Counted from the stretch's first letter, positions 37,690 through 47,266 are shown. The stretch: 64,000 nucleotides of DNA from Candidatus Poseidoniaceae archaeon (GCA_949372645.1 CASIAP010000009.1:65107-129106), one strand, 5' to 3'. Notes: generated by a model not told the origin, from the letters alone. Translations and numbers: made by a program.

Positions 37690-39480
37690 ATGTCCCGCGA
37701 CCAATGGCAAGAGCAGGATTTGCTGGTTGTAGCACGCGATACGCCTTTGGCTAATCTTGCCAAGAACTTAGGCTACGATTTAGATTCTTGGATTCAGTCA
37801 GCAACCACCTCCTTGCCAGAAACACTCCGTGTCACGGGTGCGCGCCACGATAAAACTTGGACAGAATCCCAACTTCGTGAACTTGGAGGTCAACCTTTGC
37901 CTTGGGCTGAAGATGGATTTGCTTGGCAAATGTCCTTTGCACGCGGCCAAGCGCCGGATGAGCGAAGCAAGTATATCCTGAGTTTACTGCATGAATCCGG
38001 CCGAATAACCCGCCAAGAAGCAGCCAGTATGATTCCAGTTGTTGTCTTAAACCCTCAACCAGGGGAGTTAATTCTCGATTTGTGCGCTGCTCCGGGCTCT
38101 AAAGCCACTCAAGTCGCCGAAGCAGTCGCCCCACATGGCGTTGTTGTGGCGAATGAACCAATATCTGGCCGAGTCAATATGCTCGTGTCAAATCGAGGAC
38201 GCCTTTCGACCACAAACATGCTCATCAATCAACAAGATGGCCGGCATATTGGCCGTATTCCTCCACCCGGTTATGATGGCATTGTTGCGGATGTTCCTTG
38301 TACAGGCTCCGCAACAACTCGAAAGAATAGGAATGTATGGTGGAAATGGTCACCAAAAGAAAGCCGAACCTTGTTTCGTTTACAAGTTGAAATTACTTTG
38401 AGAGGTGCGAGCCTTTTACGGCCTGGTGGTAAATTAGTGTATTCGACATGCAGTATCGATCCTTGCGAAAACGAAGCCGTAGTTGCCCAGTTACTGCGCC
38501 AATTACCCTATTTGGAACTCATTGAAATCGATGAATCAAGGCTTCCAGGTCTGAAACTTCGACCCGGTCTTACCGATTGGGATGCACTTGATGAACAGGC
38601 AGAACCACTCCCAAGAGGCGAAGAAGTCGCTCAAGCAACATTCCTCCAACCCCCCCACATGAGTCCTGCAGCGCGCCTCCATTGGGGCGAGTCGTTTGAT
38701 GAGGAGATTGACGAGTCCACTGAATTGCGCATACAATCCGAACTTTCGAAATGCCGACGACTCATCCATCATGATAACGATACTGGCGGCTTTTTTGTTG
38801 CTTTATTTCGCCATCGCCCAGAGGCAACCCCGGAAGGAATTGCAAAGTCTTTCATTCGGAATCGAAAATCTTCCCTCCATTCTGAATGGGTGCCTTTGGT
38901 TCTTGATCAACCGCAAACCAACCGTCACACCATCTATGCAGCAAATCCAGAAACCGTCGCCGAAGCTAAAACACGGTATGGGCTGGATGGAAATGATTTG
39001 TCTTGGTGGACGCGCGGTAAACGACTGAACATCGCACCGAAAATGGTCGAAGACCGTATTTTCAATCAAAAGTGCCCAAACAAGCGTGGTAATCTTTGGC
39101 CTGAAGGAACCTTCCATCCTCTCAAATTAATTCATGTTGGTTTGCCGGCTTTTACCAAGAAGAGGGATGCTTGGCGCTCCCGCCAAGAGGCGGTTCCCGC
39201 TCTTCAGTCTCTCATTACTGAGTCGAAACACAGTATTTCTACAGATACATTAACTCGATTGCTAAAAGGCTGGGCTCCAATGATAGAAGAGTATAACAGT
39301 GAATTCGAACCAATTGAAGTCGATGGACCTCTCTTGCTTTCCAGTCAGTTGTCAAGCGGTGAGGCTCTCATTTCAGCATGGGCTGGAGCGCGTTTGACTT
39401 TGATGTTGGATGAGAAAGGTAGGGATATTTTGCGACTCAAACTTGGTATGCCTTTCCAAGCTGATGATGAGGAAGAGTGA
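37690..39480 (+). CDS. NOL1/NOP2/Sun-family RNA cytosine-C5 methyltransferase with C-terminal extension
   Basis: SAM motif LILDLCAAPGSKATQ; catalytic Cys motifs DGIVADVPCTGSATTRKN and LVYSTCSIDPCENE. ~230 extra C-terminal residues. Confidence 0.9.
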   Translation: MSRDQWQEQDLLVVARDTPLANLAKNLGYDLDSWIQSATTSLPETLRVTGARHDKTWTESQLRELGGQPLPWAEDGFAWQMSFARGQAPDERSKYILSLLHESGRITRQEAASMIPVVVLNPQPGELILDLCAAPGSKATQVAEAVAPHGVVVANEPISGRVNMLVSNRGRLSTTNMLINQQDGRHIGRIPPPGYDGIVADVPCTGSATTRKNRNVWWKWSPKESRTLFRLQVEITLRGASLLRPGGKLVYSTCSIDPCENEAVVAQLLRQLPYLELIEIDESRLPGLKLRPGLTDWDALDEQAEPLPRGEEVAQATFLQPPHMSPAARLHWGESFDEEIDESTELRIQSELSKCRRLIHHDNDTGGFFVALFRHRPEATPEGIAKSFIRNRKSSLHSEWVPLVLDQPQTNRHTIYAANPETVAEAKTRYGLDGNDLSWWTRGKRLNIAPKMVEDRIFNQKCPNKRGNLWPEGTFHPLKLIHVGLPAFTKKRDAWRSRQEAVPALQSLITESKHSISTDTLTRLLKGWAPMIEEYNSEFEPIEVDGPLLLSSQLSSGEALISAWAGARLTLMLDEKGRDILRLKLGMPFQADDEEE

Positions 39481-39485
39481 GATTG

Positions 39486-40724
39486 ATGCGCACTCAATTA
39501 TTCCTCATTGTTCTTTTCTTGAGCATCGTTGCAGTGCCCTTCGCCTCCCCTGAAGAGACTGGTGGTTTGAACCTCGTCGCTTCGAAAAACCTCCCCGGAC
39601 AAAGCAGTCTCGATACAGTGATCCATGAGAATTTCCTTCCTCAAGATGGACCTTATGACTCTAGGAGTGACCCCGAGATGGTGCTTTTTTCTTGGTGGAA
39701 GTGGAGTGAGGAAACCAATTCTGATTGGCCTGACGATGATGCCCAGTCTCGACTTGGGGAATTAGGACTTGGTGATGAGACATCATCTCTTTTTAATGAA
39801 GAGCAAGGCGACAATCTCTCTCTCGAGGAAGGACTTCATTTGGGCCGTCAACATTCGTGTGAAGAGCAAGTTTTGACCTTGAACGGGTCGATAGAAATAG
39901 TGAGCGATGAATACAATCAATGGTTTCTGCGTTTCCCAGTTGAAATGACGCCCCTTGTGAATCTAAGTGACAATACAGTCCTCTATTTTTTCATCACTGA
40001 GGATGATGCTACGGATCACCATGGCCGCCAAGCCTCTCATTTAGTTCGTGACATGAAACCCGAACTTGGATTTTCAAACAGCCAAGGGAATACAACCGAA
40101 ACCGTATGGGAAATCTCTGCCGAACATCTGCTTGCAGCAGGTGTCAATTTGGAATCCAATCCATATGGATGGCACATCACGTTAGCTTTTTTTGGTGAAA
40201 TTGAAGGCGACGATACCAATCGATTACTGGCCATGTACCGCACTTCTTTACCAACGCGGTGGGAAAACAGTTCAGCTGGACATTTTGCCTTACCGGTATT
40301 TCTCCTTATTTTCGCCAGCGTTCTTGCTTCAGGGGCGGTGAGTAGTGCGAGAAAAAGAGAAAAAGGGATGCCGAAATTGAATGCTGAATGGGTCATAGGT
40401 GGGCACCCAGCCGCTCATTTCACTCTCCGGTCAGGCAACCAAAAAGTCACGCTCAAGTCCTGTGAATCCGAACACCCTTGGCAAATCAAAGGCGGTTTTA
40501 AAACCAAAAAAATCGCCCCACATTCAGAATTGAAATTCACCCTCCGATTCAAAGAACAACTTGATGCCGACTGTCAGATTTCCTTGGGCCTTGAAGTTGA
40601 AGAACTTGGAACATGGACTCAATACCTTCGTCTTTCCACTTCAGCCCATCTTTCAGCAGAGAACAGGCAAAGCGTTGAAACCTATGAACAAGAAGCATCG
40701 AGTGGTGGACCCAGTGAATCTTGA
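39486..40724 (+). CDS. hypothetical secreted/membrane-anchored protein
   Basis: Signal peptide MRTQLFLIVLFLSIVAVPFASP, an acidic ectodomain, a late TM (FALPVFLLIFASVLASGAV) and a cytoplasmic tail domain. Confidence 0.5.
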   Translation: MRTQLFLIVLFLSIVAVPFASPEETGGLNLVASKNLPGQSSLDTVIHENFLPQDGPYDSRSDPEMVLFSWWKWSEETNSDWPDDDAQSRLGELGLGDETSSLFNEEQGDNLSLEEGLHLGRQHSCEEQVLTLNGSIEIVSDEYNQWFLRFPVEMTPLVNLSDNTVLYFFITEDDATDHHGRQASHLVRDMKPELGFSNSQGNTTETVWEISAEHLLAAGVNLESNPYGWHITLAFFGEIEGDDTNRLLAMYRTSLPTRWENSSAGHFALPVFLLIFASVLASGAVSSARKREKGMPKLNAEWVIGGHPAAHFTLRSGNQKVTLKSCESEHPWQIKGGFKTKKIAPHSELKFTLRFKEQLDADCQISLGLEVEELGTWTQYLRLSTSAHLSAENRQSVETYEQEASSGGPSES

Positions 40725-41172
40725 TGAAACCGACCGTGCGCTTTTGTCCGCAATGCTCGAAGATGCTCGTACGAGTCAACGAGCCTTGGCCCGTAAGGTT
40801 GGAATTGCACAGGGTACAGTCCTCAATCGAATTCGTCGAATGGAAGATGCAGGCATCATAAAGGGCTACAGTGTCATCTTAGACCCAGCATCGATGGGCT
40901 GGACGATGACCATTATGGCAGGGCTACGCATCGTCAAAGGAAGGATGATTGATGTCCAGACTAAAATCGCCGCAGACCCCCGTGTTTTTGCTGTGTATGA
41001 CGTGACAGGTGAATGGGATTCAATGGTTCTTGCCCGAGTCAAAAACCGTGAGGACCTCGATAACTTGACAAAAACAGTCTTCACACTCGATGGTGTTTCG
41101 CGCTCTTTCACACATGTCGTACTCAATACTGTCAAGGAAGACGGAATGCCTAAACCTCCTTCCAAATCTTGA
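40684..41172 (+). CDS. lrp: Lrp/AsnC-family transcriptional regulator
   Basis: HTH LDETDRALLSAMLEDARTSQRALARKVGIAQGTVLNRIRRMEDAGIIKGY, then a RAM domain (YDVTGEWDSMVLARV). ATG 40684 overlaps the upstream gene by 41 nt. Confidence 0.85.
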   Translation: MNKKHRVVDPVNLDETDRALLSAMLEDARTSQRALARKVGIAQGTVLNRIRRMEDAGIIKGYSVILDPASMGWTMTIMAGLRIVKGRMIDVQTKIAADPRVFAVYDVTGEWDSMVLARVKNREDLDNLTKTVFTLDGVSRSFTHVVLNTVKEDGMPKPPSKS

Positions 41173-41173
41173 T

Positions 41174-41623
41174 TCACGCGTTAAAATCACAGGGATCTTC
41201 TTGTTCAATAAAGGGCAATAATTGTATGGATAAACTCTTCAAAGATTCCACAACACGCGTTTCAGGCTTCAGTGCCTTCAACAACTGATTACGCAATTCA
41301 TGGCAGACTTTCGCATCGAGACTTTCAAGGCGTTGTGTGAGAGTTTTTTGTAATCGCCCACCGGTTCTATCCCAATCCATAAGGAGACAAATACTCGATC
41401 CACCTTCTGCGTTTCGGGTGCCGTACTTTTCGTAGAGGTGGGTGGTGAAACGGTCTAAATCCCAACCGCGATTGAGCACTTCAAGCGGCCCAACGAAGCC
41501 GAGTGCTTCCAAAGCCTCACGGTCCCGTTTTCCTTCAAGAATAATCGGCCAGTTGTGTTCCCGGTTTTTTTTACGTGCCTCGCCCAATGCCAAACCGGCG
41601 ACAGCAAACCGTCTCTGCGGCAT
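41174..41623 (-). CDS. small Toprim-domain protein (COG1658, RNase M5/primase-like)
   Basis: WPIILEGKRDREALEALGF (Toprim Glu) and LLMDWDRTGGRL (DxD). Start taken at ATG 41623; the frame stays open upstream into the DUF167 remnant. Confidence 0.7.
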   Translation of the reverse strand: MPQRRFAVAGLALGEARKKNREHNWPIILEGKRDREALEALGFVGPLEVLNRGWDLDRFTTHLYEKYGTRNAEGGSSICLLMDWDRTGGRLQKTLTQRLESLDAKVCHELRNQLLKALKPETRVVESLKSLSIQLLPFIEQEDPCDFNA

Positions 41624-41715
41624 TACCACTGCCCAGTGGCGAGCGATGTTTTTGGTCTCGCATTCACTCCTCCTCCAAGTGGGGTTCAAGCAACTGAACC
41701 AATGCGTCTGCAGAT

Positions 41716-41987
41716 ACATTTTCGATACGCACTTTCTTACTTCGTGACGTTGTTCCAGCTCACGATCTGCAATTGACTTTCTGGGTATTTGGAGTGAGGT
41801 AGAAAGTACATGCAGGACAGCATTATTTGCTTTTCCTTTTTGAGCCTCAGCACGAACAGCAATCGGTCAGCCGTCCTCGCCATTCATTGAAACCAAGAAT
41901 GCCCTGTCTTTTCGCACCCGGCTGCACATCGACCTCGAGCATGACAGCCCCGTCCAATGTGGATTGAACGCACGAGGAAACCGCCAT
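41716..41987 (-). pseudogene. DUF167 (YggU-like) gene interrupted by a +1 frameshift
   Basis: From ATG 41987: MAVSSCVQSTLDGAVMLEVDVQPGAKRQGILGFNEWRGRLT, stopping 5 codons later. Skipping G 41864 continues IAVRAEAQKGKANNAVLHVLSTSLQIPRKSI...RHEVRK. This matches the DUF167 pattern (E. coli YggU L-V-x-P-x-A-x-R ... APP-x-G-x-AN, from memory). Confidence 0.55.
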
Positions 41988-42228
41988 CAGAATCAATCAA
42001 TCGGAGGCCGTTTATCAACCTGCTATCTGCTTCGTTGCACTCCGTCAATGCCAAACTATGCTGATTTTGAAGCGCTTAGGCAGTATTTCAGCATTTGCAA
42101 GCCAACTGCCTGAAAAGAGGCATGACAAAAGCCGTGAAAACAGAAAAGACAAATATGTCGCGCAGCACCTCGTATTCCACAAGGGTTTAAGTTCGGGTAC
42201 CACCGGCCCTCAATACTGAGGATAATCT

Positions 42229-43211
42229 ATGCCTGCTGAAGACACTGTTTTCAATGTCGTGTATGACAAATATATGTTTTGGAGTATCCTCGTAGGTATC
42301 TTCACCTTCGGCTGGATGTTTATCGCTATGCTGCGATACCGCGACGGCGTTGAGCCCGATACGTCACTGAAAAGTACCACATCGAAGTTGGCTCCTTCCC
42401 AGTTGATAGCCACAATACCAAATTGGAAGTCGCCTTCTATGTTCTGCCGACGATTCTTGTCGTCTGGCTCACAATGATTGCCTTGGCCTCGAACTATTCC
42501 GCTTGGACCATTCCAGACGATGAAGACACCTTCAACGTCGATGTCATCGGTAAGCAATGGTTCTGGGAATTCCACTACCAAGAAGAACTCACTTGGGAAG
42601 ATGACCCAAGCATCACCTACGTCAATGTTGATTGGTCTGCAACGGATCTTACAGTCGATACTCGTGGTTCCGAGGCTACGAATGTAACCGTCGAAATAGA
42701 CGGCGTAAAATTCGATTATGCCATAGATTTAGTTGCGGAGATGGCTTCGATTTCAGATTTCTATCTGGATGTTAATCTTCACAGCGTCGTTACTGTCTAT
42801 GACGCGAATGACGTGTTGCTTCACACCTGGGAACACCTTCCAGTTGGCACCATTCTTTCAACAGCCGGTGGGCAACATTTGATCATCCCTTGCGATGAGA
42901 GTTCTACGTTAGACCTCTATTCTCGCCCACACGACGACTCCAATCCGGCCTATGTCGGTGTTCAGCACGCCTTCTGGTTGCCAGAATGGGGCGTTAAGGA
43001 AGATTTAGTTCCTGGACTTGAAGCAGGTACAGTCATGACGTTTGATCCGGACGATGCGGGTACCTTCCCGATTCGCTGTGCAGAATACTGTGGCCTTTAC
43101 CACTCAAAGATGGTTGGATTCATCGACATCGTCGCTCGTGACGGTGCATCATGTGCAGCAGACACGGGAATTAAGAAAACGGATACCGGCGGCGATGGAG
43201 GCGGGTACTGA
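42229..43211 (+). CDS. coxB: cytochrome c oxidase subunit II (cupredoxin, CuA), split by a frameshift near 42354-42375
   Basis: Frame 1 gives TM1 (MFWSILVGIFTFGWMFIAMLRYRDG). The next frame gives HNTKLEVAFYVLPTILVVWL (TM2), IGKQWFWEFHY, and the CuA ligands FPIRCAEYCGLYHSKM. The frame change lies at or near an A4 run. Confidence 0.85.
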
Positions 43212-43939
43212 TGTACAAGCGGTTCACTCTTCTTGCTCTCGTGCTGGTCATGCTTGTAGCAGCTCCACAATTCGAGGCTATGCCTACTGGAATCGGTAGT
43301 GCGGCTGACGGCGGTTGCAGTTGTCACGCTGGAGCTTCTCCCGACACCAACATCATCGTAACCGGATTGCCGGGCTCTTTCAATGCAAGTGAAACCTATG
43401 CCTTCACCGTCACCGTTCAAAACGATGTGATGGAAATTTGGAACGGTGGTAATGCCGAAGATACTGTTTCCGTAGATGAAAACGGCGATACAGTGATAAT
43501 CACTGGATGGAATGGCCGTGCAGGTGGATTTAGAATCCTCACCACCGGCGGTATGGTTTCGACCGTCAATGAATCACTCGGGCATGAAATGGACGGCGGA
43601 CTCACGCATACAACAGAAGGAAATACCGTCCGAACTTGGGATTTTGAATGGGTCGCTCCTGCTGATGACTCCAAAGTTGTCGATTTCACCATCTATGGTA
43701 ACGCCGTCAACGGCGGTGCCGGTGCTGGTGGCGACTATTGGAATCAAGCAGACCTTTCTATTCCTGGATTGAATGCAGATGATACCGGTCCAAGCGCTCG
43801 AGCCTTGGTCGTTCTTCTTATCGCCATTGGCCTTTCTCTCGGAATGGTTTTGCTTGGCGTTCTTGTGGGTCTTTTACACCCGCTCCCCTCAAAACGTTCA
43901 CGATCTCTAACTTTTGGTCATACCTCAAGCCTTGGTTGA
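43211..43939 (+). CDS. secreted, C-terminally anchored beta-sandwich protein, Reeler/DOMON-like with GCSCH motif
   Basis: Signal peptide; GGCSCHAG; GGFRIL; LTHTTEGNTVRTWDFEWVAPAD; VDFTIYGNAVN...GDYW; C-terminal TM. The pattern resembles the Reeler domain (C-x-x-x-H, F-x-G-F, TH...W-x-AP), which is an inference. ATG 43211 overlaps the coxII stop (TGATG). Confidence 0.5.
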   Translation: MYKRFTLLALVLVMLVAAPQFEAMPTGIGSAADGGCSCHAGASPDTNIIVTGLPGSFNASETYAFTVTVQNDVMEIWNGGNAEDTVSVDENGDTVIITGWNGRAGGFRILTTGGMVSTVNESLGHEMDGGLTHTTEGNTVRTWDFEWVAPADDSKVVDFTIYGNAVNGGAGAGGDYWNQADLSIPGLNADDTGPSARALVVLLIAIGLSLGMVLLGVLVGLLHPLPSKRSRSLTFGHTSSLG

Positions 43940-45587
43940 CCACGACTGACCACAAAGCAAGTCGGTATTCTTTACTTCTTGTATGGATTTACGTTCTTCC
44001 TTGTCGGTGGAGTGTTAGCACTCTTATTCCGTATTCAACTTGCTTTACCGGAAAATACATTCCTGACCGAGACTGAATACAACTCCTTTCTTCACCCTTC
44101 ACGGAACGACGATGATTTTCTTGGCAGCAATGCCAATGATTGCAGGTTTCATGAACTATGTTTTGCCGCTTCAAATTGGCGCCAAAGACCTCGCTTTCCC
44201 TCGAATTAACGCTATGGGTCTCTGGCTCTTGGTTTTCTCAAGCCCGCTGATTTACACTGGAATCTGGTCCGGTGAAGGTGCGGATATTACCTGGGTCATG
44301 TACCCTCCATATTCCTCTTTGACAGAAGGAAGCCTTGGTGCAGAAATGGCCCAATACGGTTCGAACCCCGGGACAACTGCTTTCCTCTCTGGAATGCTGA
44401 TGCTTGGCGCCTCTTCGACGCTTGGTGGTGTCAACTTCATCACCACGGTGTTTACCATGCGCGCCCCTGGTGTTGGATGGATGAAGATGCCATTGTTCTC
44501 TTGGTCAGTCTTCGTCAGTGTGTTCATGCTCTACATGTCCTTGCCTGCATTTATTATCGGTGTGGCGTTCTTGTTATTCGATCACACCATAGGAACGGTA
44601 TTCTTCACCTCAGGAGGAGACAGTTTACTGTTCCAACATCTGTTCTGGTTCTTCGGACATCCTGAAGTTTACGTGGTAATTGTGCCTGCCTTCGGTATCG
44701 TCTCTGAAGTTTTAGCAACCAGTGCGCGCCGTTCGATTTTCGGTTACAAATCGATGGTCTTTGCAATGGCCGGTATTGGAATTGTTGGTTTCGTAGTATG
44801 GGGCCATCACATGCTCACTTCTGGAATGGACCCATTCTGGCGTGCCGCTTTCATGATTACTACAATGGCCGTCGCGATCCCAACGGGTGCGAAAGTCTTC
44901 AATTGGCTCGCAACAATATGGGGCGGTAGCCTTGTCATGCGCACCCACACTCTGTGGTCGCTTGGATTCCTCATCACCTTCACGCTTGGTGGCATTTCTG
45001 GAATGTTCTTCCCAGTTGCCGGCATGGACATGCACTTCCACGATTCATACTTCGTCGTTGCCCATTTCCACTATGTTTTCATCGGCGGAACTGTCTTCGC
45101 CCTGTTCTCAGGCGTTTACTATTGGTATCCAAAGGCAACTGGCAAGAAACTCGATGAAACACTCGGTTTGTGGCATTTCTTGATTGGATTCTCGGCATAC
45201 AATGCTACGTTCTGGCCAATGCACGCTCTGGGGATTATGGGTATGCCTCGTCGAACACACAGTTATACTGTGGAAAGTGGCTTTGCAGAATACAACATAG
45301 CCATCAGTATCTTCTCGTTCATCTTTGGATTAAGCCAACTCTTACTCGTATGGAACATCATCAAATCAAACAGACATGGTGAGCCTGCCGGCAAGGACCC
45401 ATGGGGTGGATGGTCGCTTGAATGGGCAACAACTTCCCCACCACCAACTCCATCCTTCGACATCATTCCGACCCAGGGCGATATGAACATCAAGCATGGC
45501 CACAATGAACCTTCAAAGGCTTCCATTGGTGATACATTATGGAAAGTGAAACCCAAGGCCACTACCATCAAGGAGGCGGAAGAATGA
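43933..45587 (+). CDS. coxA: cytochrome c oxidase subunit I (heme-copper oxidase), 5' end fragmented over three frames
   Basis: WLTTTDHK (frame 1, from 43933), VGILYFLYGFTFFLVGGVLALLFRIQLALP...EYNS (frame 2), and FFTLHGTTMIFLAAMPMIAGFMNYVLPLQIGAKDLAFPRIN onward (frame 0, intact to 45587, with WFFGHPEVY and HHM/FVVAHFHY motifs). No in-frame start codon is found upstream of WLTTTDHK. Confidence 0.9.
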
Positions 45588-46894
45588 GTGGACATGGAGC
45601 GCACGTTGAAAATGGAATTTGGATGCGCGCAGTCATGATGGGAGGAATTATCCTCACCATTGGTGTTCTGTTATTCGCAACCCTCGGTGTTGCCATGGCT
45701 GATGGTAAACACGATACTTGGGCAGACTTAGAAGACGACTACCACCATGAAGAAACTGTGCTTGCAGCACAAGATAATATTTCTACATCCGAGGCTGAAG
45801 AGCTTGAACACCTCCATCATGAGGTCGAGCAAGCCCATCTCTCGTACTTGTCATACCGAGTCTCTGGAATTACTATACTCTTGATGTCGATTGCTTATGC
45901 TTCCTTCATCGGCTTTGGTGGATTCCTTAACGCCAGTAAATCAAACGGTGACGACGACCATGGCGATGACCATGGCGATGGTTACGGTGATGACCATCAC
46001 GGCTCTGCTTCACCAATCATCTTTGCTTTCGGTATCCTGCTCTTTTTGGCAGGATTCCCTGACTTTGCTATCGCTTGTAAGGCGATGTTGAATGCAAGTG
46101 TCACAGCAGATCTTGGTATGTTGAGTTTGAGTTTAGTTGGCTTATTGACCATTGCTATCGCAGTGTCGAATTGGTGGTTTGAAGATTTACCTTTCAACGG
46201 TGAGGGTGAACAAATAGCCACATCATATCCCTTTGAAGGCGAACATATCCGAAAGGCAGGACTGTGGGTCTTCATTATGTCTGAGATCATGGTTTTCGCA
46301 ACCTTCTTTTCCTCATACCTTCGTATGCGAACGGAATGGTGTACTGACTGGGCTATCCGTGATGGAGTAGAAGCCTGTAAAGACGTCCCTGAAGGAACGG
46401 TTGTAACAGCATCGGATTTATTGCGATATGATTTTGCAACCTTACTTCCAGGTGCAATCAATACCTTTGCACTGATCATTTCATCCTATACGATTGTCTT
46501 GGCATTAAAGACTGCACGAAACAAGGATTGGAAAGCCCCTACGGGACTTATGGGCAAATTCATGCCAACCCGAAAGGCAGCAATCCGGAATTATCTGATT
46601 GCTACTCTCATGCTCGGTTCGCTGTTTATCGTTCTCAAGCTTGTTGAGTGGAGCCATTTGGTTGCAGAGGGCTTCGATATCGGAACCGTTCAAGGTTCCA
46701 TCTTCTACATCGCTACGGGAGCGCACGGACTGCACGTCTTCGTCGGACTGCTTGTCATGTTGTATCTCGTCTTCAAGGCCGACACAGTTGGCTTTGATGA
46801 AGACAATGCTCAGGGGATTGAATACTTCGGCCTCTATTGGCACTTTGTCGACTTAGCTTGGGTTGTTATCTTCCCAGCATTCTATCTGTATTGA
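45584..46894 (+). CDS. coxC: cytochrome c oxidase subunit III with ~190-aa N-terminal membrane extension carrying an Asp/His-rich loop
   Basis: The C-terminal part has CoxIII blocks (GLWVFIMSEIMVFATFF, ATGAHGLHVFVG, FGLYWHFVDLAWVVIF). The N-terminal part has extra TMs and NGDDDHGDDHGDGYGDDHHG. ATG 45584 overlaps the coxI stop (ATGA). Confidence 0.85.
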   Translation: MSGHGAHVENGIWMRAVMMGGIILTIGVLLFATLGVAMADGKHDTWADLEDDYHHEETVLAAQDNISTSEAEELEHLHHEVEQAHLSYLSYRVSGITILLMSIAYASFIGFGGFLNASKSNGDDDHGDDHGDGYGDDHHGSASPIIFAFGILLFLAGFPDFAIACKAMLNASVTADLGMLSLSLVGLLTIAIAVSNWWFEDLPFNGEGEQIATSYPFEGEHIRKAGLWVFIMSEIMVFATFFSSYLRMRTEWCTDWAIRDGVEACKDVPEGTVVTASDLLRYDFATLLPGAINTFALIISSYTIVLALKTARNKDWKAPTGLMGKFMPTRKAAIRNYLIATLMLGSLFIVLKLVEWSHLVAEGFDIGTVQGSIFYIATGAHGLHVFVGLLVMLYLVFKADTVGFDEDNAQGIEYFGLYWHFVDLAWVVIFPAFYLY

Positions 46895-46903
46895 GGTGAT
46901 TAA

Positions 46904-47266
46904 ATGGGCGAACACATTGAATTTATGGGCAAAGACATCTACTTCTGGAATTTCTTGGTCTTGATGTTTTTCACTTTATTCGAAGTCGGTGCAGTCTTTT
47001 ACGACACTGTCCCCGGTACGGAAATTGAGATTACGAAAATGACGGTCTGGATTATTTTAATCGTCGTTGGTATCGTCAAAGGATTCGGAATTGCGGCTTT
47101 CTTTATGCACTTGAAAGACGACCCTCGTATCTATACTCGTACAGCACTGTTCCCAGTGCTCTTTGTCATCTTGATGCTTTGGGGTATTGGATTATCGAAC
47201 CCCGCAGGCGTTACTGAACTTCCAAGTTGGTGTACACCAAACTGGGATTATGCAGAGACGCGTTGA
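46904..47266 (+). CDS. small cytochrome oxidase subunit IV-like membrane protein (COX4_pro-like)
   Basis: 120 aa with 3 TM. AAFFMHLKDDPRIY resembles the FMHL motif of prokaryotic subunit IV. The position after coxIII supports the call. Confidence 0.6.
   Translation: MGEHIEFMGKDIYFWNFLVLMFFTLFEVGAVFYDTVPGTEIEITKMTVWIILIVVGIVKGFGIAAFFMHLKDDPRIYTRTALFPVLFVILMLWGIGLSNPAGVTELPSWCTPNWDYAETR

Noticed and set aside
41990-42228. Possible structured ncRNA (RNase P or SRP RNA) in the long Toprim-coxII gap, prompted by GAGGAAAC and ACAGAAAAG strings and a GGCAGT...ACTGCC hairpin
   Set aside because: Half of the gap is explained by the frameshifted DUF167 gene. The remaining ~240 bp lacks the conserved RNase P P4 strings (GAGGAAAGTCC / ACAGAA-N-GGCTTA) and the SRP helix-8 motifs. 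It is more simply a divergent promoter region. A cmscan against Rfam would settle this.
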